From Camelus ferus (taxonomy: Eukaryota), in NCBI RefSeq assembly GCF_009834535.1, contig NC_045696.1, positions 6,946,001 to 7,010,000 on the forward strand: a stretch of 64,000 nucleotides of DNA. Direction: 5' to 3'. The translations under genes were made by a program, and so were the position numbers. The notes beneath the pieces were generated by a model that had not been told where the DNA came from, did not search any database, and worked only from the letters and a program-made list of their open reading frames with translations. Within the stretch, counting starts at the first letter, position 1. Each line of letters starts with the position of its first letter. Positions 55,174 through 64,000 of this stretch are shown piece by piece.

Positions 55174-55832
55174 CCAAACCCAAACACCCCATCTTTACTT
55201 TCTTCCTTTCTGCTTGCTCTTTCCCACACTAGCCCCCTGAGAATGCTTCTGTCTGCTCACCTGTGTGGGTATGACTCCCCGTAAAATGAGAGATAAGGCT
55301 CGATTTGATAATAGACACAAAATACATAACTGCTCAAACATGATTTTTTTTTTTCTTGTTTCTAGTTGGATGGCAGCTCTCTGCCACCAGCTTGGGGCCC
55401 AGGCCCCTCCATCTCGTGACTCCATCATCCCCTGTAGTAGGAGCAAGTCATGGGAGGAGGCATATCCAACACTGAAGGCCTCAGCTCAGAAGGGCACACG
55501 CTCTCCAGATGGGCCAGAACTTGGCTCGTGGCTGCCCCTCAATGCAAAGGATGCTGGGAAGTGTGGCCCAGTCCTGAGCTAGGAAAATAGAAAAAAACAC
55601 CTTTGGAGGATGAACTGGCAGGCTCCCAGGACTGCCCAGAGCACTTATCTCTCTCCACTCGCTCATTAATCGTTCAAACACCCCATCTTGCAGGGGGGTG
55701 CTAGCGGTGAGCATAAACATCACCCATGACCTCCATCCAGATCCCCCACACTCCCCTCATCCTATCCTAACCTCAGCTGCCTCCTTTGACTCCTGTCCTG
55801 GTATCTATTCCAAGAAAAAGAAAAAAAGAAAG

Positions 55833-55835
<3 letters not shown>

Positions 55836-55866
<31 letters not shown>
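55836..55866. repeat. (CA)n microsatellite after an A-rich tract
   Basis: Seen directly in the sequence. Confidence 0.95.
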
Positions 55867-55868
<2 letters not shown>

Positions 55869-56740
55869 AGGGCTACTGAGGGTAGTCTAAAAGTTAAAGC
55901 TGTCACACCAAACATCAGGCTCTCAGACCAGATGCTGCCTCTTCTTTGTGCTGAAATATAAAAACAAGTCTGTGGGACTGGTGATTAACGAAACTATCCA
56001 ACCAAGAGCAGGGTTAATCCATAAATTAAGTTGGTATCACTCAAGCCCCGTCCCCAGCTGTCTTCTTATTCAGGTAAATGTTTTCTCAACAGACTGTTTC
56101 TCCTTTAACCAAGGCGGGGAAATGCACAGCTAAGTCCGAGGACACAGGATGAAAGCCTGGGGGAAGAAACTGCCTGTACAACTTTTAGAAAGCTTCAAAA
56201 TTATTGACTGAGGAATTTCATATAGTGTTTTATAGGTGTTTCAGAACAGTATCTGTTCCAAATGTCCCTTTGCACTCAGATTCTGGGAGAGTTTTCTTAA
56301 TGCTTTGCATTAATCATAAAAGCCATCAGAAAGAAAATAACCATAAGTCAAAAACGCAAATGTTAAATGATGAGGCAGAAACCAAATCAAATGTGTAAAC
56401 ACATAGAAAGAGAAAGAACATTTCCCCCACACTTTTTTTTAACCTTGGCATTGAATCAACCATTAGGGTCTAATGCGTGCATACCTACCAATAAAAACCA
56501 TGATTTTTTAACTCTGAAATTTAACTGACAACTTAAAGAGCTCACTCAGAATACTTACCCCTAAGTATACGGACAGAAGCGAAGGAAGCATTTATTACAA
56601 AGGAATGTTTATTACATGCCTGTTCCAGGCAGGTACACATCATGTGTGTGGTTTTGTTTAACTTTATAAAACCCTGTGAATTGGCTATCATGATTACCAT
56701 TTTGTAAATGTGGAAACTGAAGATCTATGAATTCATATAG

Positions 56741-57620
56741 TGTATTAGTCTACTCAGCCTGCCATAACAGTGTCGACTGAAAAAAATGCACACCCTAAAA
56801 TATGAGAATTGTGTTTTATTCGGCGGATTTTCTGAAGATTTCAAACCCAGGAGACAGCCTCTCAGATAGGTCTAGAGGGACTGCTTGAAGAGGTAAGGGA
56901 GGAGCTAGAATATATAGGCTTCTTTGCAACAAAGACCAGGTAGTCAGAACATCAAAAGATTACTGTTAATTAAAGAAAACCAGACATCTCAAGTTAAGAA
57001 ATTTAGCCCTTTTATGTGTCTGGGAAGATGCAAGACTCCAGGCACATTGAAATCATTCCTTTGCTATACACCTTAGCTGTCTAGGGCCAGTGTCCCCTTC
57101 CTTCTCATCCCGAGTCCCCTCTGGAAGCACCACTGGGGGCGGCTGCAGAGGCCGAGGGCTTCGCGCCGGGCAGTGCATCTTTATCCATCCTGAGTTCCCT
57201 CAGGGCTCACAGTCTGGCCGTGCTGTCTTGATGGCTGCAACACCCTTTGTTTACTGACGTGTTAGGCAATATTTTCCACTCACAGCAGAATACCAGACAC
57301 CGGGGGACTTAAACAACAGTGCTTTATTTTCTCACGGTTCTGGGGGCTGCAAGTTTAAGATCAAGGTGCCGGCAGGGCTGGTTTCTGGTGACCTCTGGAA
57401 GGTCTGGAAGACCTCTCTCCCTGCCTTTCCTCTGCGTGCTCACCCCCTGCTGTCCCTTCCTCTTCTTATAAGAACACCAGCCCTGTTGAATTAAGGCTCC
57501 ACCCTTATGACCTCACTTCACCTTAATTTCGTCCTTCAAGTCTCCATTTCCAAAAATGTCACATAGTGGGGTTAAGACTTCAACATATGGATTTGGGGGG
57601 ATACAGTTCAGTCCATAACA
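56741..57620 (-). mobile_element. MaLR LTR (MLT1A-like) split by a younger LTR
   Basis: tgtattagtctactcagcctgccataac[insert]agaataccagacaccgggggacttaaacaacag...ttcaacatatggatttggggggatacagttcagtccataaca. Confidence 0.82.
56771..57284 (-). mobile_element. ERV1 solo LTR (MER41-like, artiodactyl type)
   Basis: TGT...ACA ends, 4-bp TSD acag/gcag, gttttattcggcgga near the left end, and gaacatcaaaagattactg / gggaagatgcaaga / gaaatcattcctttg blocks. Confidence 0.75.
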
Positions 57621-57851
57621 GGCAGCCTGTCCGAGAGCCCACAATGGCTAAGTGGCAGAACCAAAACTGTCTGAATCTAAACATTTCTTTATCCAGAGTG
57701 CGCTGCCTTTCCCATGCCACAGCATCTCAGATAGAACAGGGAGACATCCCGCTGTAAGGACTGGTTCTGAGGACTTGCTGGCAGGGAGACAGCTTCACAG
57801 CAGTAAGCTCTGTCCTGGTGGGAAGGGCAGTGAAGTCCTTACACAAGCTAG

Positions 57852-59015
<1,164 letters not shown>

Positions 59016-62000
59016 TAAACTGGACCTCACATTCTTGTTTACAACAAAATACGGAAAACTGAACATCACTCACTACTGACACTGCCTCCTTAGTCATGAA
59101 CTAGGATGCCACTGGTCCTGTAGCCTTAAGTATATCCACCAAGAAGTCTAACCATTTAGAAGAAGAAGTCTAACCATTTTCAAAGTCCTTTGGAAAATAA
59201 ATTGATAAACTTTTTTTAAAAAAACACCTCTTAATATAGTTTAAATTTTGAAGTATTTACTTAAATTAAAATTTGACCTGTCTCTAAAGCACTTTTTAGG
59301 CAGTTTTTAAAACATTGTTTAATTTAAATACTTGAGGTTATTTATTGCCAAGCCAGGGGGAAGAAGTTAAGCCTTTCAGAGGAAGCCTGACAAATTGTTT
59401 TAATAAAAATGCAATTTCTCCCCTTTTTTGGAAGCTATTTGCAAGAAAAACCCATAGCATTGGTTTTCCTTTTATATCAAGTGAGCGTGTGGTGTCTTAC
59501 CATAATCTACCCACTAAACCCCCAGTAGACAAGATAACACAGACCCAGCATATAACTCAAGCAAGAAAGGAAAAAAAATGAGATCCCCTTCTCATAACGC
59601 TATCGATGCTTCTGCTATGGAGAGCTAACCATTGGAGTGTTTTAACAAAGATGGTCTGTTCTCCAAAATAGAGAAATGATCTGTTTTTAATGACATCTTC
59701 ACTCATGTCTTAACTTCACACGTGTTACGCATCCCAACAGCAAAGCAGGTTCTGCCCATATTTATCTGCAACTTTCCACAAAATAGAGCCATAAACTCTG
59801 ACTGAAGCTAACGATAGTGCCCCACAGGGAAAGAATGAGCTAGAACACCAGTCCACGCACTGCTTTACTGTTCTTCTGAGTTACCAATATTGGCCTCAGA
59901 ATCCTCTTTAGTTATATGACCTGCCTTCTGTGCTCTGAGGTCTTCAACTGGAGGCTCAGGGTTGGTTTACATAATCTGAAAATGCACGGCCACCAGCTGG
60001 ACCCCACGTTCTTCATCCACTCATCACCTGGATCTCAGTCATCCATCAAAGGAAAGTCATTGTTTCCATGTCTCTGCCCCCCTGGACCCAACTGGCAAGG
60101 TCATTACCCCTAACAAATTTCTCTCATGGTGGTAAAAACCTTTGCAATAAGTTTTTTTAAATGCAACAAACAATGAAAATGTGAGTAGAAAGCTTTGCAT
60201 GGAGCTCAGTGATATGAGTGTGCTCCTTTGCCTAAAACCAAAAGAACATGGAAAATAAAATAATTACTGTGAAGTTCTAAAATAGTGCTGCATACGTGAA
60301 CGGAGCTATATGCACCCTGAACCTGACTGTGGGGTGCACTTGTGATGCGATAAGTGTGTGGGAGGAGGAAGGAGAGGAGAGGAGGCCCAGCGGGGGTAAA
60401 AAAATGAATCACACAGGGAGCTCTGTCATTTTCCCACTGACCAGAAATTTCTCCCGCCTCGGCTGAGCACAGGGACTCTGGATCCCCCTAGTGGTGGCCA
60501 CTGAGGTACAGCCTCTGGCAGCATAAACTGACCACTGGTGACGCGGTTTTATTATTCAATTCCTCACTACAAACTCTCCCGATAGGACAGGAAGGAGGGC
60601 AGTGGACAAGCCTTGTTATCTCCCATCTCTGAGCACAAGAAGCAAAAGCCACTGGAGATGTGCCCTCTGGTTACTGGTGCTAATCTGAGCTTCAAACTGC
60701 AAAGCTGTCCCAGTCTTGAAAAAATAGACAAATCCAAAATCAGCGAATTTTCTTTGCGATGTCCCTAAGTCGGAATCCTCCCTAGGAGAGACCCTGTCTC
60801 TCTGATGACAGCTTGTAATGAGTGAGGCTTTCCGATGAGAGGAGCATCATTTTGTTGGTAATTAACAGTGATACTTGCCTCTGAGCATTCAGTGGCCTTT
60901 CTACTGCTTTCTTAGAGAAAACTGGGAATTTGCCAGCAAAGAGAATCAAAACACCCCTATTCCTGGGAAAAGGCAACCACTGTTAACTTTCTTAAAATAA
61001 TAATTTTCTGCAAAGTGGAGAGAGGAGGGCTCTAGAAAGTTCTGTGTTCGTCTAGAAGCTGGACACGTCTTGATACTTTCCTGAAAGGATTCATACAGTT
61101 CAGTCTTTCTAGCACGTTTGGTCTCTTGAACTTCAGGGGGAGGATTTTTCCTTTGTGAATAAAAAGCATAGTTGGGATTTACAGGAATTAAGCAGACCCT
61201 TGGAGGGGGAAATGCTTCAGTGAATTAAAGTCACAGGAAAAAAAATAAATGTGGACCAAATGCACACTGAGAAAAGCAAATTTACCAGGACCTAATTATT
61301 CATCACAGGGCTAGATGGGAAATCAGAAGCCATGAAAACAGCAAGCCGACCCAAAACGACTTGTTTTACTCATCACTTCTTTCAAAAATGTCGTGGTTGA
61401 CCTTAAATAACTCTCACTGATCTCAATTAGGGGACCTCTTTCAAGGATGAGCCCCTCACCGCCACCCCTGCAATGCCATCTTCCTGACACACACATCGTG
61501 AGCACACGATGACTCTGACATGTTTTCTGGAGACCCGAGATCTCGTGCGGCAGGCTGACCGTGCGGGTCCTGCAGCCTGCTGGGCTCTCAGGCCCCGCAC
61601 TGGCCAGCAGGGCGACACATCATATTCCAGCCCCAGCTGTGCCTAGCCATGTTACTCAGGGTCAGGTGCATCTTTAGAAAAATGCATGTAAGCTCCTTGA
61701 AGGCCAGATGTGAGTCTTGCCCACCTTTGATGTCCTGAGGCTCCTGGTCCCAGTCCTTCACTCCATAGGTTCTCTGGCCTCATAAAAGAGAGACCCACAC
61801 CCACAAAAGACAGCTGTCTTGATGGACAGCTTCACTCTGGTCCTGCCCAGAGTCAGGGAATGTGTGACCTCTCAAGAACCTTCCAGTCATGTGATTCTAT
61901 TTTTGAAAGTGAATCAAACCCTGGAAAATTCTGACACCAGCCACCCAGACATCTGGGGACTGGCTGTGTCTCATCCCACAAATATATTTTTAAAGGGGGC

Positions 62001-62329
62001 CCTTTATGTTCCTGACACATGGGCAATTTTGAGATAGTGATGTTTACAGCAGGGTTCACAGCTACATAAACAAACATGCAGAGCAGCTGTGGCAAGTATG
62101 CATTAAAATAGTAAAGCATTCATATAGGCTGTTATTTATAGAGGGCAAATTGGCCTGGAGGCTAGATGACAGCTACACAGAGCTGGGCCCGTTGCCAGCC
62201 AGCTCCTCACTATAGCATTTCTGATTGATGAACTTCCATATTTACCCCCAACCATTATGCAACTATGACAAGCAGCCCTTCCCAACACCTCAGCAAATAT
62301 GCCTCCTTAGGATGAATCCCCATTAAGCT

Positions 62330-62760
62330 TTTTTTTCTTACATTTTTTCTTATGGAAACTATAAAACTTATACAAAAGTGGACCAAATCTTATAATTAAC
62401 TCCCACGTACCCATCATTCAGTTTCTCTAATTGTCCATTCATGGCCAAACTTTCTCCATCTGTGTCACCACTCACTAACTGCCCCCCAATGTGAGATCAT
62501 TTTATCTGCAAATATTTCAATGTGTGCCTCTAAAAACTAAGGATTCTTTCAAGAACATAACTATAACACCATTACAATGGCTAAAATAATTAATGATCAT
62601 TTCTTAAGATCCAATATCTACTAAGTGTTCCAATTTCCAATTGTCTCAGAAATGTCTTTTTAATTTTTTTCAAATCTGCTTGTTTGAATCCAAAAGAGGC
62701 TAACACACTGTGATTGGCTGGGATCTCTTCTAAGCCCCTTCTCTAGGAGTTCCCCTTCCA
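62330..62760 (-). mobile_element. Ancient L1 3' end (L1MC4/5-like)
   Basis: ttatggaaactataaaacttatacaaaagt...cccacgtacccatcattcag...ataactataacaccatta. Confidence 0.6.
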
Positions 62761-64000
62761 TCTCTGTGGGGTTTTTTCCTTTCAAGTTTTTCTCAAAGAA
62801 GAGTATCTCTGAAATATTTATATGTTATGAGGAAAACGGGGAGAAGTGGAAGGTGGGAGGAGGCCAACTTAATGAAGATATACTAGATAACATTTTATAG
62901 ATGAGGAAACAGGGCTGACCGTCCAAAAGTCAGGATCTATGGGTTGCCAAGGAGGAAGGGGGAGTGTATATCAGACCCAGGGGAAGGCACACCGGAAGCA
63001 GGTGAGGGCAAACCGGAAGAAGACCAAGGCAAACCAGCCTTCACCGTAGAAAAGCTCAGCTCTGTTGCTTGAATAACTTTATTCACGTGCAGAGAGTTTA
63101 GTCACATAAATCACGTCACAGATCATAGGATTTTTGAGTTGAAGAGTCTTTGCTCTCCTCTTACTTATTGCGGAAATGGAGACCCAGCAGGACTAGGGAC
63201 CTGGTTAAGGTCAAACAGCTGCTGGCAGAGCAAGAACCGGAACTGTTGTCCAGCCTCCACGTTCAGTGCTTTTTGTGTCATGAATGTGTTGGTTCATGAG
63301 GATTCTGTAGCGCAACAACCCCCCAAAAAGCAGCTAGTGTTTCATGGGCAGACAGGCTCTCTTTTCTTTTCTGTCACCATTAGTTCTTTTCCTTTAGGGT
63401 TTCTCTGTTGGTCTCCGATGTTATGTTCATTTTAAAATTCTTTATTACATTCACATGAGTTTTTAGCAACAATATCTGAAAATGAGATGTGCCACAAAAC
63501 AGTTCTGAAATCAAAATTAAATAAGTACCATCGACAAAAAATACTCCTGGGAAAATATGATGTCCTCTCAAATCTGATTTCCAAGCAGCATTTCTCTCTG
63601 CTGCAATCAAAATGCCACTTCACTATAATAAGGGAGAACATGAGATCAAAGAGTCTGGAAAGGTGACGTTTCTCAGCTGAGATGGTTGAGGTTTAGCATT
63701 ACAGTACTTTCAGGCTGTTTCTGCTAATGATGTTTCATAGCCATTATATTTTTCAAACCTCATTTTCTCCTTTTGGTAAGTTACTGGTAATGCCCCCACT
63801 GACAAGGCAATATCTCCAGATTTACCATTTTTCTTTTAAGAGTTATACCCCAACTACCTAGCCTGGGAAAAGAGTTAATTGTTAAGATCTGAAATGCTAA
63901 GATCTTGGGTGAAAATTTCTGGGTAAATCTCTATAAGGTGCAATTTTTTAAAAATCCAAAGATGTGACTTTATTTTTCCTAGATAGAAATCTACAGCTTA

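Overview
This is mammalian genomic DNA, almost certainly from a camelid (alpaca, llama or camel). That assignment rests on a Vic-1-type tRNA-Ala SINE at ~33.54 kb and artiodactyl-type repeats. The window lies inside KCNJ6 (GIRK2/Kir3.2, + strand): about 58 kb of intron, the 921-bp main coding exon (58048-58968; M1, TIGYG filter, M2 and most of the cytoplasmic domain) and about 5 kb of the next intron. The introns hold one young full-length antisense LINE-1 (46367-53386, perfect 13-bp TSD, CpG-rich 5'UTR, ORF2 broken only by two nonsense codons, ORF1 by two frameshifts). They also hold a 5'-inverted (twin-primed) L1 inside a hAT MITE, a decayed ERV-L interior, MaLR and ERV1 solo LTRs, hAT and Tigger fossils, MIR/L2 fragments and microsatellites. 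Nearly all other ORFs in the track are spurious. I cannot demonstrate a genuinely new biological system. The best leads are four: a possible L1 antisense-promoter-driven, N-truncated GIRK2 transcript; a short ORF in the long L1 inter-ORF spacer that overlaps the ORF2 start; a GIRK2B-like intron read-through tail; and a 36-bp templated inverted copy at a repeat truncation junction. Repeat family names come from recalled consensus sequences, not from a database search, and old-repeat boundaries are approximate.
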